This document shows positions 1 to 9,020 of a stretch of DNA of 64,000 nt, piece after piece; position 1 is the stretch's first letter, and each line of letters starts with the position of its first letter. The stretch covers positions 5,905-69,904 of the forward strand of contig CADEDT010000004.1 in NCBI GenBank assembly GCA_902826145.1. The letters are read 5' to 3'. The stretch is from an uncultured Caulobacteraceae bacterium. Lineage in GTDB: Bacteria > Pseudomonadota > Alphaproteobacteria > Caulobacterales > Aquidulcibacteraceae. A model generated the notes under the pieces. It ran no database searches. It worked only from the letters and a program-made list of their open reading frames with translations, and was not told where the DNA came from. Position numbers and translations under genes: made by a program.

Positions 1-1317
1 GCGCGCGAAATCGGTGTCGTAGGTGAAGGCGCTCATGACGAGCGAGCCCTTGCCCCGATTGGCGAGCGCGCTGGCGTCAGCGGCATCCTTGTACGGCATC
101 AGCGTGGAGACCGGGCCGAAGGCTTCTACGTCATGCACAGCGCGCGCTTGCCATGGGTTTTCGCAGCGCAGCAGCACGGGCGAGATGAACGCGCCCTTTT
201 CGTTGAACGGCGCAGCGTTCGGGTCGCCATATACGATTGCAGCGTCGGCGCTGATCTCTTTGATCTTCTCGCGCACGTCGTTGCGCTGGCTCGTGCTCAC
301 GAGCGCGCCCATACGCGTCGCTTCATCGCGCGGATCGCCGATGGTGGTTTTCTCCAAACGCGCTTTCAGCGCGCCTTGTGCTGCGTCTAGGAGCGACGCC
401 GGGACCATGGCCCGGCGGATGGCGGTGCACTTCTGCCCCGCCTTCACGGTCATTTCCTTGGCGACCTCTTTGATGAAGAGATCGAACTCCGGCGATTCCG
501 CCGTTACGTCGGGGCCGAGTATCGAGGCGTTGAGCGAATCCTGTTCCGCAACGAAGCGGACGCTTTCGCGGACGATGACGGGGTGGCTCTTCAGTTTGTT
601 CGCTGTCGCGGCTGAGCCCGTGAACGAGACGACATCCTGCGTTGTCAGGTGCTCAAAGAGATCACCGGTTGAGCCGACGATAAGCTGCAGCGCCCCTTTA
701 GGCAGGACGTTGGCGTCGAGCATCACGCGAACGGCGGCTTCGGTGAGATAGCTCGTTGCGCTCGCGGGTTTCACGATCGCCGGGACGCCAGCGAGGAAGG
801 TTGGCGCAAGTTTTTCCAGCATGCCCCAGACGGGGAAGTTGAAGGCGTTGATGTGAACGGCGACGCCTTGCAGCGATGTGAAGACGTGCAGTCCCTGGAA
901 CGTACCATTGCGCGAGAGTGCTTCGACGTTGCCGTCAATCAGGATGCGCTCGTTCGGCAGCTCGCGGCGGCCTTTGCCTTGATAGACCGCGAACGTTCCA
1001 ATGCCGCCGTCGATGTCAATCCAGCTGTCGGCCTTGGTGGCGCCGGTGTTGTAGCTGAGTTCGTAGAGATCATCCTTTTTGGCGTTGAGCGCTTCGGCGA
1101 GCGCCTTCAGCATGAGCGCGCGCTGGTGGAAGGTGAGCGCGCGCAGCGCCGGGCCACCCTGCTCACGCGCAAATTTCAGCATCGCACCGAAGTCGAGGCC
1201 TTGCGACGACGTCAGCGCGACGACGTCGCCGTTCACGGCGGAGCGCAATTCGGCGAGGCCGCCGGCGCCCGCGACCCAACGGCCTTCGGCATAGTTCTGC
1301 AGCGAGATCGGTTTCAT
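1..1317 (-). CDS. paaZ: PaaZ/PaaN phenylacetate degradation aldehyde dehydrogenase (N-terminal part; runs off left edge)
   Basis: Not in ORF track (no stop in window). Manual minus-strand translation from ATG 1317: MKPISLQNYAEGRWV...VHINAFNFPVWGMLEKLAP...FTGS...KAGQKCTAIRR (ALDH catalytic Cys motif)...VEAFGPVST; directly downstream of paaG. Confidence 0.92.
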   Translation of the reverse strand, partial: MKPISLQNYAEGRWVAGAGGLAELRSAVNGDVVALTSSQGLDFGAMLKFAREQGGPALRALTFHQRALMLKALAEALNAKKDDLYELSYNTGATKADSWIDIDGGIGTFAVYQGKGRRELPNERILIDGNVEALSRNGTFQGLHVFTSLQGVAVHINAFNFPVWGMLEKLAPTFLAGVPAIVKPASATSYLTEAAVRVMLDANVLPKGALQLIVGSTGDLFEHLTTQDVVSFTGSAATANKLKSHPVIVRESVRFVAEQDSLNASILGPDVTAESPEFDLFIKEVAKEMTVKAGQKCTAIRRAMVPASLLDAAQGALKARLEKTTIGDPRDEATRMGALVSTSQRNDVREKIKEISADAAIVYGDPNAAPFNEKGAFISPVLLRCENPWQARAVHDVEAFGPVSTLMPYKDAADASALANRGKGSLVMSAFTYDTDFAR

Positions 1318-1320
1318 GAC

Positions 1321-2109
1321 TTAGTTTCCGGTGAATTTCGGCGTGCGCTTTTCCATGAAGGCGCCGACGCCTTCCTTGTAGTCGCTGGTGCGGCCGAGGG
1401 CGCGTTGTGCGTCGCGCTCGATGTCGAGCTGATCAGGCAATGTCCGCGCACCGCTCTCGCGAATAAGCTTCTTGGTCAGCGCCAAGCCGCGCGTGGGGGC
1501 TGAGGCGAACTTGGTTACGAGCGCGTCGGTTTCTTCACGCAACTTGTCGTCATCCACGCATTTCCAAATCATGCCCCATGCCTCGGCGCGCTCCGCGGTG
1601 AGCGGTTCACCTGTCAGCGCCAGGCCCATGGCGCGGGCTTGGCCGGCGAGACGCGGCAACGTCCAGGTGCCGCCGCTGTCGGGGATGAGGCCGATATTGG
1701 CGAAGCTTTGAATGAACTTGGCGCTCTTGGCGGCAATAACGATGTCGCACGCGAGCGCGATGTTGGCGCCGGCGCCGGCTGCCACGCCGTTCACGGCGCA
1801 GATCACTGGCATTTCGAGCGAGGTGAGTTTGCGGATCAGCGGATTGTAGCGCTTCTCCAGCGACTCCCCAAGATCAACGCCTTCACCACCCGGAGCCACC
1901 GCCCGATCGGAGAGGTCTTGGCCAGCGCAGAAGCCGCGGCCGGCGCCAGTCAAAACAAGCACGCGCGCATCGCTTTTCGTCACGGCTTCTAGCGCACGCG
2001 AGACTTCGTCGTGCATTTGCGCGGTGAAGCTGTTCAGGCGATCGGGCCGATTGAGCGTGAGGCGCGCGACGCCATTGGCGATCTCCAGCTGAATGGTTTC
2101 GTAGTCCAT
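1321..2109 (-). CDS. paaG: PaaG ring-1,2-epoxyphenylacetyl-CoA isomerase (crotonase family)
   Basis: From ATG 2109, 262 aa: LNRPDRLNSF, FCAGQDL, VNGVAAGAGANIALACD, GLIPDSGGTWTLPRL; paa context. Confidence 0.95.
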   Translation of the reverse strand: MDYETIQLEIANGVARLTLNRPDRLNSFTAQMHDEVSRALEAVTKSDARVLVLTGAGRGFCAGQDLSDRAVAPGGEGVDLGESLEKRYNPLIRKLTSLEMPVICAVNGVAAGAGANIALACDIVIAAKSAKFIQSFANIGLIPDSGGTWTLPRLAGQARAMGLALTGEPLTAERAEAWGMIWKCVDDDKLREETDALVTKFASAPTRGLALTKKLIRESGARTLPDQLDIERDAQRALGRTSDYKEGVGAFMEKRTPKFTGN

Positions 2110-2149
2110 TTCTCGCCTCCTCGCGCGTGGGCGTGGGGTATGATAGAAT

Positions 2150-2166
2150 GCATGGTCGGTCAATTC
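2150..2166 (-). promoter_or_regulatory. Degenerate copy of the putative PaaR operator in the paaG/paaI divergent region
   Basis: Minus strand reads GAATTGACCGACCATGC, sharing TTGACCGA with the palindrome at 3980-3994. Confidence 0.45.
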
Positions 2167-2177
2167 ACGAGAAGCGC

Positions 2178-2600
2178 ATGAACGAAGCGGACAATCTCGC
2201 GCGGCGCGTCGCCGAAACTCTGCTGAGCCGTGAAGGCACTGGGCCTGCTTGGGGGATCGTGATCGAAGACGCACGCGAAGGCTACGCACTCATCCGCATG
2301 AAGGTGCGGGACGACATGCTCAACGGCCATCGCATCGGCCACGGCGGTATGATCTTCGCGCTCGCCGACACGGCGTTCGCGTACGCGTGCAACTCGCGCA
2401 ACGAAAACACGGTAGCGCAGAACGCGACCATCTCTTTTCTTGCGCCAGCGCAGCCCGGCGAAGTGCTCATAGCTGAGGCACGCGAAGCTTCACGCGCCGG
2501 TCGCAGTGGCGTTTATCAAGTGAGTGTCCGGTCAAGCGAAGGACGCGTCATCGCCGAGTTCACCGGCCTTTCAAAGACGATCGGCGGCGCGGTCGTTTAG
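2178..2600 (+). CDS. paaI: PaaI hotdog-fold acyl-CoA thioesterase
   Basis: MLNGHRIGHGGMIFALADTAFAYACNS motif; ATG 2178; paa context. Confidence 0.93.
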   Translation: MNEADNLARRVAETLLSREGTGPAWGIVIEDAREGYALIRMKVRDDMLNGHRIGHGGMIFALADTAFAYACNSRNENTVAQNATISFLAPAQPGEVLIAEAREASRAGRSGVYQVSVRSSEGRVIAEFTGLSKTIGGAVV

Positions 2601-3901
2601 TTGACGCTCAGATAACGCGGCGACGTCGTTTCGCGCAGCAGCACCACGGCGTCATATTGTTCGCTCAGGATCATTGGCAGATCTGCGGCGCCCCAATATT
2701 TCGCGCTCGTCGGCTGATGCCACAGCGGATCTCTTGAGCCATCAGTCGGCGCAAGGAACAGCATTCCCGGCGCGCCCGCTGGTATTGCTTGCGCTTCGAG
2801 GGAGTTTGGCAACACCGGCGTGACCGTGATCACCTCGCGATCGTTGCGCGCCATCCGCCCCGCGGACGCGTAGAGCCCAATTGTATAGAGGTCGTCGCCA
2901 TAACGCTCGCGCAACCACCAACCGGCGGAGCGCGATGAGATTTCGGGTTCGTCAACGCCGGTGAGATCGATGGTCTGATTGTTGTATTGAATGTGTGCGT
3001 TGTGCGCCCAGGCGATGACGCGCGCGCCAGGGCGCAGGGTCTCGGCGAGATAGATCAGGTTTTCGGCCATGCCCTGATCTCGCAACTCCATGTACTCGAG
3101 CGTCGTTTCCGCCGTTTGCTGGCGAAGATACTGCGCCATCGAATAGCTGATCTGCTGCGCCATCAGCGGCGCGAGCGGGTCGGCGTTCGTGGCGAAGGCT
3201 TGCACAAGCAGCGATTCGCGTTCCCGCAAGAACGTGTTCAGGGCCACGTAACCGTCAATCAACTCTGAGCGATGTTCGTTGAAGTATGCCCGCCCGGCGC
3301 GCCTGCCACTGCCGTAAGCGGTGAGAAAGCGCTGATCCAACGCGCGCACCTCCTCCGCATACGCCGGATCGACCGTCGCGACGACTTGCGCCAAATAGTC
3401 CGGACGTCCCTGCTTGTTCGGCCCGATCGGCTGAATATCGTAGCCGGCAAGGATCAACGGCCGATCTGTTGTGCGTGTCGCGCGGATATACTCGAAGAGT
3501 TCACGCACTTCCTCCGTATGCCAGACGCCGACGACGCAGGAGGTAAGCGTAGCGACGGCGCTTGCCTCACCAGCGGTCTGGTTGGCGAGCGCGCACTGAT
3601 ACGGATCGCTTTCGAACGCGAGGACATCGAAGCCCATCTCTTCGTGCAGGAAACGCACGAGGCGCGTCTTGATTTGATTGTACTCGGCTGCGCCATGGCT
3701 GCTCTCACCGAGTTGCACAATGCGAACGCCGTCGAGGCGTTGGCGCAAAGGGGCAAGGTCGGAGAAATTGGTCGACGTCAGCGAGTGAAGCGGAACGGCT
3801 TCCGCTGGCGCGCCTCGCGCGGGTGGCGGCGTGGTTTGACAGCCGGCCGACAGCAGAATTGCCGAAACGGCGAGTAAACTGAGAATTGACCCCACGCGCA
3901 T
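2597..3901 (-). CDS. Erythromycin esterase (EreA/EreB)-family lipoprotein
   Basis: LGESSHG, GFDVLAFESD, WAHNAH, YTIG motifs; signal peptide with lipobox-like SAGC. Confidence 0.85.
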   Translation of the reverse strand: MRVGSILSLLAVSAILLSAGCQTTPPPARGAPAEAVPLHSLTSTNFSDLAPLRQRLDGVRIVQLGESSHGAAEYNQIKTRLVRFLHEEMGFDVLAFESDPYQCALANQTAGEASAVATLTSCVVGVWHTEEVRELFEYIRATRTTDRPLILAGYDIQPIGPNKQGRPDYLAQVVATVDPAYAEEVRALDQRFLTAYGSGRRAGRAYFNEHRSELIDGYVALNTFLRERESLLVQAFATNADPLAPLMAQQISYSMAQYLRQQTAETTLEYMELRDQGMAENLIYLAETLRPGARVIAWAHNAHIQYNNQTIDLTGVDEPEISSRSAGWWLRERYGDDLYTIGLYASAGRMARNDREVITVTPVLPNSLEAQAIPAGAPGMLFLAPTDGSRDPLWHQPTSAKYWGAADLPMILSEQYDAVVLLRETTSPRYLSVN

Positions 3902-3979
3902 GTGACGAGCCTACAGAATTGGCCGGCGGCGGCGACCACCAGAGCTCCTTTCCCGCAAAATTTGCGACCGGCGAATTAG

Positions 3980-4008
3980 TTGACCGATCGGTCAGCGAAT
4001 GCTATGGT
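3980..4008 (+). promoter_or_regulatory. sigma70-type promoter of paaABCDE with overlapping 14-bp palindromic operator
   Basis: TTGACC (3980-3985), 17 nt spacer, TATGGT (4003-4008); perfect palindrome TGACCGATCGGTCA at 3981-3994. Confidence 0.75.
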
Positions 4009-4034
4009 AGAGCAGCTTCCAGAAGGCTGAGCGC

Positions 4035-5033
4035 ATGTACACCACTGATCTCTCCGGCAAGGGCAAAGGCAAGGCTGAGAAAGCCGTCGCGGAAGATCCG
4101 GCGCTTGTCGCCGCGTTCGAAGCGCGTGTGGCGAGCGACGAATTCATCGAGCCGAAGGATTGGATGCCGGAGGCGTACCGCAAGACGCTGGTGCGGCAGA
4201 TGTCGCAACACGCGCACAGCGAGATCGTCGGCATGCTGCCGGAGGGCAATTGGATCACGCGCGCGCCGAACTTGCGGCGCAAGGCGATCCTGCTGGCGAA
4301 GGTGCAGGATGAAGCTGGGCACGGGCTCTATCTTTACTCGGCCGCAGAAACGCTCGGCACCTCACGCGATGAGATGACGGAGGCGTTGCTGTCTGGAAAA
4401 GCGAAGTACTCGACCATCTTCAACTATCCGACGCTGACCTGGGCGGACATCGGCGCAATCGGCTGGCTCGTTGACGGCGCGGCGATCATGAATCAAGTGC
4501 CGCTACAGCGAACGTCTTATGGCCCCTACGCGCGGGCGATGGTGCGTATCTGCAAGGAAGAGAGCTTCCACCAGCGCCAGGGCTACGAGATCATGATGCA
4601 TCTCGCTGATGGCACTGATGCGCAGAAGCGCATGGCGCAGGATGCGCTGAACCGCTGGTGGTGGCCGTCGCTGATGATGTTCGGCCCACCGGACGACAAG
4701 TCACCGAACACCGAACAAAGCATGCGCTGGCGCATTAAACGCGATACCAACGATGAGTTGCGCCAGAAGTTCGTCGATATCACCGTGCCGCAGGCAGAAG
4801 CGATTGGGCTGACAGTGCCGGACGATAAGCTCGTCTGGAACGAAGAGCGCGGCGCTTATGATTTCGGCGAGGTTGATTGGGAAGAGTTCTACGCCGTCGT
4901 GAAGGGCGAAGGCCCCGTCGCGAAGGAGCGCATGCAAGCGCGCGTGAAGGCATGGGAAGACGGCGAGTGGGTACGCGATGCAGCGCGGGTGCATGCCGAG
5001 AAGCGTGCGGCGGCAAAGCTGGCGGCGGAGTAA
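4035..5033 (+). CDS. paaA: Phenylacetyl-CoA epoxidase subunit A
   Basis: [55 protein letters not shown] di-iron motifs. Confidence 0.98.
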   Translation: MYTTDLSGKGKGKAEKAVAEDPALVAAFEARVASDEFIEPKDWMPEAYRKTLVRQMSQHAHSEIVGMLPEGNWITRAPNLRRKAILLAKVQDEAGHGLYLYSAAETLGTSRDEMTEALLSGKAKYSTIFNYPTLTWADIGAIGWLVDGAAIMNQVPLQRTSYGPYARAMVRICKEESFHQRQGYEIMMHLADGTDAQKRMAQDALNRWWWPSLMMFGPPDDKSPNTEQSMRWRIKRDTNDELRQKFVDITVPQAEAIGLTVPDDKLVWNEERGAYDFGEVDWEEFYAVVKGEGPVAKERMQARVKAWEDGEWVRDAARVHAEKRAAAKLAAE

Positions 5034-5037
5034 GGCA

Positions 5038-5331
5038 ATGAGCGACGCGAGCAAGGAATGGCCGCTGTGGGAAGTGTTCGTGCGCGGCAAGGGCGGGCTT
5101 TCGCACCGCCATGTCGGCAGCGTTCACGCGGCGGATGCCAAGATGGCGCTTGAGCACGCGCGCGATACCTACACGCGGCGCATGGAAGGCGTGAGCTTGT
5201 GGGTGCTGCCTTCGGCGCAGATCACGTCGTCCGATCCGGGCGACGCGGGCGCGTTGTTCGAGCCGGCGGAAGATAAGGTCTATCGCCACCCGACCTTCTA
5301 CAAAATTCCTGACGGCATCACGCACATCTGA
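5038..5331 (+). CDS. paaB: Phenylacetyl-CoA epoxidase subunit B
   Basis: EWPLWEVFVR...GLSHRHVGSVHAADAKMALEHARDTYTRRMEGVSLWV...YRHPTFY; ATG 5038. Confidence 0.97.
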   Translation: MSDASKEWPLWEVFVRGKGGLSHRHVGSVHAADAKMALEHARDTYTRRMEGVSLWVLPSAQITSSDPGDAGALFEPAEDKVYRHPTFYKIPDGITHI

Positions 5332-6080
5332 TGGATGCAGTCGCGACATATGCGCTGCGGCTGGGCGATGACTCGCTCATTCTCGGCCAGCGGCTGAGCG
5401 AATGGTGCGGACATGCGCCGGCGCTGGAGGTTGATCTTTCGCTGGCGAATGTGGCGCTGGATCAGATTGGGCAAGCCACGCACTTTTTGAACCTCGCGGG
5501 CGAGCTTGAGGGCAAAGGCCGCGATGGCGACGCCCTCGCCTTTCGCCGCGATGTGATGGATTTCACCAATTGCTTGCTGGTCGAGCAACCGAACGGCGAT
5601 TTCGCGCAGACAATCGCGCGGCAGTTCCTATTCTCGCACTATCAGGAGCTGTTGTTCACGGCTCTGATGGCTTCGAAGAACGCGACGATAGCGGCGATAG
5701 CGGCGAAGGCGGTGAAGGAAACGGCGTATCACGCCGTGCTGGCGAGCGATTGGGTCGTGCGCCTGGGTGACGGCACGGACGAGAGCAAGGCGCGCATGAT
5801 CGCTGGGCTCGATTGGATGTGGCGCTTCGCCGACGAGCTGTTTGCGATGGACGATGTCGACGCGGCGGCGATCAAGGCCGGCGTTGGCATCGATAAGGCG
5901 GCCCTGCGATCGTCTTGGGATACGCGGATCGATGCGGTGTTGGCGGAAGCGACGCTGATGCGGCCTGCTTCGCGGCGGCCGGTGCTTGGCGGACGCGTGG
6001 GCCGTCATTCCGAGCACCTGGGCCACCTGCTGACCGAGATGCAATTCTTGCAGCGCGCTTATCCGGGCGCGACGTGGTGA
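5331..6080 (+). CDS. paaC: Phenylacetyl-CoA epoxidase subunit C
   Basis: LRLGDDSLILGQRLSEWCGHAP, AVKETAYH, HSEHLGHLLTEMQFLQRAYPGATW. Confidence 0.97.
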   Translation: MDAVATYALRLGDDSLILGQRLSEWCGHAPALEVDLSLANVALDQIGQATHFLNLAGELEGKGRDGDALAFRRDVMDFTNCLLVEQPNGDFAQTIARQFLFSHYQELLFTALMASKNATIAAIAAKAVKETAYHAVLASDWVVRLGDGTDESKARMIAGLDWMWRFADELFAMDDVDAAAIKAGVGIDKAALRSSWDTRIDAVLAEATLMRPASRRPVLGGRVGRHSEHLGHLLTEMQFLQRAYPGATW

Positions 6081-6562
6081 GCGCGGTGGTCGCGATTTCC
6101 AACGCCGATCGCATTCGCGCGGTGCTTGCGGATGTGCCTGATCCGGAAATTCCGGCGGTCTCCGTGCTTGATCTCGGTATTGTGCGCGAGATCGGCGTGG
6201 ACGCGGTGACGATCACGCCAACCTACACGGGTTGCCCAGCAACGATCGCGATTGAGCAATCGATCCGGGCCGCGCTCGACGCGAATGGCTTTGTCGATGT
6301 CGCGATTGCAACGACGCTTTCACCGCCTTGGTCCACGGACTGGATCAGCGACGAAGGCCGCGAGAAACTGCGCGCGTATGGCATTGCGCCGCCACCGAAG
6401 GGCGCTGGCGCTTCGGCGCTGAAGAACCAGACGCTGGCCGAATGCCCACGCTGCGGTTCGAGCAATACGGAAGAAATTTCCCGCTTCGGCTCCACGCCGT
6501 GCAAAGCGCTGTGGCGCTGCAAGGCGTGCGCGGAGCCGTTTGACCGGTTCAAGTGTCACTGA
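6077..6562 (+). CDS. paaD: Phenylacetyl-CoA epoxidase subunit D
   Basis: VPDPEIPAVSVLDLGIVR, TPTYTGCPA, CPRCGS...FGSTPCKALWRC..C.EPFD.FKCH; GTG 6077 overlaps the paaC stop. Confidence 0.96.
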   Translation: MSAVVAISNADRIRAVLADVPDPEIPAVSVLDLGIVREIGVDAVTITPTYTGCPATIAIEQSIRAALDANGFVDVAIATTLSPPWSTDWISDEGREKLRAYGIAPPPKGAGASALKNQTLAECPRCGSSNTEEISRFGSTPCKALWRCKACAEPFDRFKCH

Positions 6563-7641
6563 TGGCGAGCATCGCTTTTCATAAGCTGCGCGTCGCCGAG
6601 GTGAAGCGCGAAACGCCGGACGCGGTGTCAGTGCGCTTCGAGCTGCCTGATGCGCTGCGTGAGGCGTTTGCGTTCAAGGCAGGGCAGCACCTCACTTTCC
6701 GCCGAGAGCTCGGCGGCGAGGAAGTGCGGCGCAACTATTCTGTTTGCGTGTCGCCCAGCGAAGGGATGCTGAAGATCGGCGTGAAGAAGATCGCTGGTGG
6801 TGTGTTTTCGGGCTGGGTCAATGACGAGCTGAAGGCTGGCGACGAACTTGATGTGATGGCGCCACATGGGTCGTTCTGCTGGAATTTCGATGCGAGGGCG
6901 CGGCGCGAATATGTGGCGTTCGCGGGCGGCTCCGGCATCACGCCGGTGCTTTCGCTGCTCAAGACGGCGCTGGCGATGGAGCCACAGTCACGCTTCACAC
7001 TCTTCTACGGCAACCGCAACTCACCTGGCGTCATGTTTCTCGAAGAGATCGCGGGGCTGAAGGACCGCTATCTCGACCGTCTCTCGGTGTTTCATTTCCT
7101 TGAGGAAGAGGAAGAAGAGATTGAGCTGTTCAATGGCCGGCTCGATCGCGCCAAAGCTGAAGAGATCCTGTCGACGCTGGTGAATCCCACAAACATCGAT
7201 GCCTTCTTCATCTGCGGTCCCGGCCCGATGATGGATGCGGTTGAAGAAGCGCTGGTCGCCAAGGGCGTCGACAAACCGCGCATTCTGATCGAGCGTTTCA
7301 CCACTGGCCCCCTCTCTGCGGCACAAGCAGCGGCGGCGCGTGCGCTGGAGGAGAAGGCAGCGGGGCTGAAGATGAGCGTGACGCTCAATGGCCGCCGCAT
7401 GCAGGTGGCGTTCGATCCCGAGAAGCACTCGATCCTGGACAATGTCCGCGCCGCAGGCCTGCCCGCGCCGTTCGCGTGCAAGGGCGGCGTCTGCGCCACG
7501 TGCCGCGCCAAGGTGACGGCCGGCGAAGTGAGCATGAAGGTGAACTACGGGCTTTCCGAGCAGGAATTGGCCGATGGTTACGTGCTCACCTGCCAAGCAA
7601 CCCCTCTTACCGAAGGCGTGGCGCTGACGTACGACGTCTAG
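6562..7641 (+). CDS. paaE: Phenylacetyl-CoA epoxidase reductase subunit E (FAD/NAD, 2Fe-2S)
   Basis: RRNYS, AGGSGITP, FICGPGPMM, CKGGVCATC...LTCQ. Confidence 0.96.
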   Translation: MASIAFHKLRVAEVKRETPDAVSVRFELPDALREAFAFKAGQHLTFRRELGGEEVRRNYSVCVSPSEGMLKIGVKKIAGGVFSGWVNDELKAGDELDVMAPHGSFCWNFDARARREYVAFAGGSGITPVLSLLKTALAMEPQSRFTLFYGNRNSPGVMFLEEIAGLKDRYLDRLSVFHFLEEEEEEIELFNGRLDRAKAEEILSTLVNPTNIDAFFICGPGPMMDAVEEALVAKGVDKPRILIERFTTGPLSAAQAAAARALEEKAAGLKMSVTLNGRRMQVAFDPEKHSILDNVRAAGLPAPFACKGGVCATCRAKVTAGEVSMKVNYGLSEQELADGYVLTCQATPLTEGVALTYDV

Positions 7642-7644
7642 GTC

Positions 7645-8364
7645 ATGTCAGAAAATGGTTGGAGCGAGTCCGCGTCCGCTTGGATCGCGGATATGGGAGA
7701 ACACGGCGATTTCGGCCGCCGCTATGTGCTTGATCCCATCATGCTGCCGCGGGCATTGGCGACCGCGCCGAAGACAGCGCTAGATGTTGGTTGCGGCGAA
7801 GGCCGATTCTGCAGGATGCTCGGCACCGAGGGCATTGCCAGCACCGGCATCGACCCGACACGCGTATTGCTTGAGCGTGCTCGCGAGCTTGATCCGGGCG
7901 GAATCTACTTAGAGGCAAGCGGCGATGCATTGCCTGTGGGCGATGCAAGCTTCGACCTCGTCGTCAGCTACCTTAGCTTGATCGATATGCCAGAGATCCG
8001 CGCGCCGATCGCGGAGATAGCGCGTGTGCTGAAGCCTGGCGGCACGCTGCTGATCGCCAATTGCAATGGCTTCAACACGGCCGGAGCGGAGACGGGTTGG
8101 GTGCGCGGGATGACTGGCGCGCACTTGCACTATCCGGTCGACAACTATCTCGAAGAGCGGGGCTTCTGGACCGAGCGGCGCGGCATTCGCATCGTCAATC
8201 ACCATCGACCTCTCAGCGCGTACATGCGTGAATTGTTGCGCCACGGGCTGGAGCTTCGATTCTTCGATGAGCCGGCGCCAGTTGCAAACGCTCCTAATCC
8301 GAAGGCAGAGCGTTATCGTCGCGCGCCTTGGTTCGTGGTGATGGAGTGGCGCAAGCCCGCCTAG
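7645..8364 (+). CDS. Class I SAM-dependent methyltransferase
   Basis: LDVGCGEGR motif I, GIDP, SFDLVV, RVLKPGG. Confidence 0.88.
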   Translation: MSENGWSESASAWIADMGEHGDFGRRYVLDPIMLPRALATAPKTALDVGCGEGRFCRMLGTEGIASTGIDPTRVLLERARELDPGGIYLEASGDALPVGDASFDLVVSYLSLIDMPEIRAPIAEIARVLKPGGTLLIANCNGFNTAGAETGWVRGMTGAHLHYPVDNYLEERGFWTERRGIRIVNHHRPLSAYMRELLRHGLELRFFDEPAPVANAPNPKAERYRRAPWFVVMEWRKPA

Positions 8365-8963
8365 CCGCCAGCGGCGCGCGCGAGGCCGCCGAGGGTTACG
8401 TTCACAGCCATATCAGCCAGCTCTTCGGCGCTCACGGCGCCGGTCGGTTTATACCAGGTGTGCGTCCAATTGATCATACCGAAAAAGAGCATCGCGGCAG
8501 CGAGCGCTTCGCCGGGACGCTTGTTCAGATCCGGCGCGATCTCCAGAAGCAGCTTACGCAAGTTCTCGATCAGTCCGCGCTGCACCGCGACGATTTCCGC
8601 GCGCTTGGACTTCGGCAAACGGCCAAGATCGTTCAGCAGCACTTTGTGCCGATCGGCGGCGCCGACATAGAGCGCCATGAAGAGCTGTGCCAACTCGCGC
8701 AGCTTCTGCTTGGGGCCCTCAGTTCCGGCCATTGCATCAGCTGCGGCGGCCTCCAGCGCGCGGACGTGGCTGATCATGACATCATAGAGAATGTCCTCTT
8801 TGGACTCGTAATAGTGATAGACGAGCGACTTGGACGTCTTACATCGCTCGGCGATGTCGGCCACGGACGCGCCATTGAAGCCGTCAGCCGCGAAGAGCGC
8901 GGCGGCCGCCTCAACGATCGCCTGCTTTCGCTCATCGTAATCCGCTGCCTGCGTACGCGCCAT
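8361..8963 (-). CDS. TetR-family regulator, probable PaaR
   Basis: N-terminal TetR HTH (GFNGASVADIAERCKTSKSLVYHYYESKEDIL), FGMINW.HTWY C-terminus; adjacent to paa operon. Confidence 0.88.
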   Translation of the reverse strand: MARTQAADYDERKQAIVEAAAALFAADGFNGASVADIAERCKTSKSLVYHYYESKEDILYDVMISHVRALEAAAADAMAGTEGPKQKLRELAQLFMALYVGAADRHKVLLNDLGRLPKSKRAEIVAVQRGLIENLRKLLLEIAPDLNKRPGEALAAAMLFFGMINWTHTWYKPTGAVSAEELADMAVNVTLGGLARAAGG

Positions 8964-9020
8964 TTGTCCCTCGCCGGCAAGACTACAGGCGATGCGGGCG
9001 CCGGCGCTAGACCGGTTGCA

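Noticed and set aside
23..1503. Plus-strand ORFs of 242 and 216 aa
   Set aside because: Antisense shadows of paaZ/paaG in GC-rich DNA.
7102..7119. Poly-Glu run in paaE as a slippage repeat
   Set aside because: Mixed GAG/GAA codons in an acidic loop typical of PaaE; not a perfect tandem repeat.
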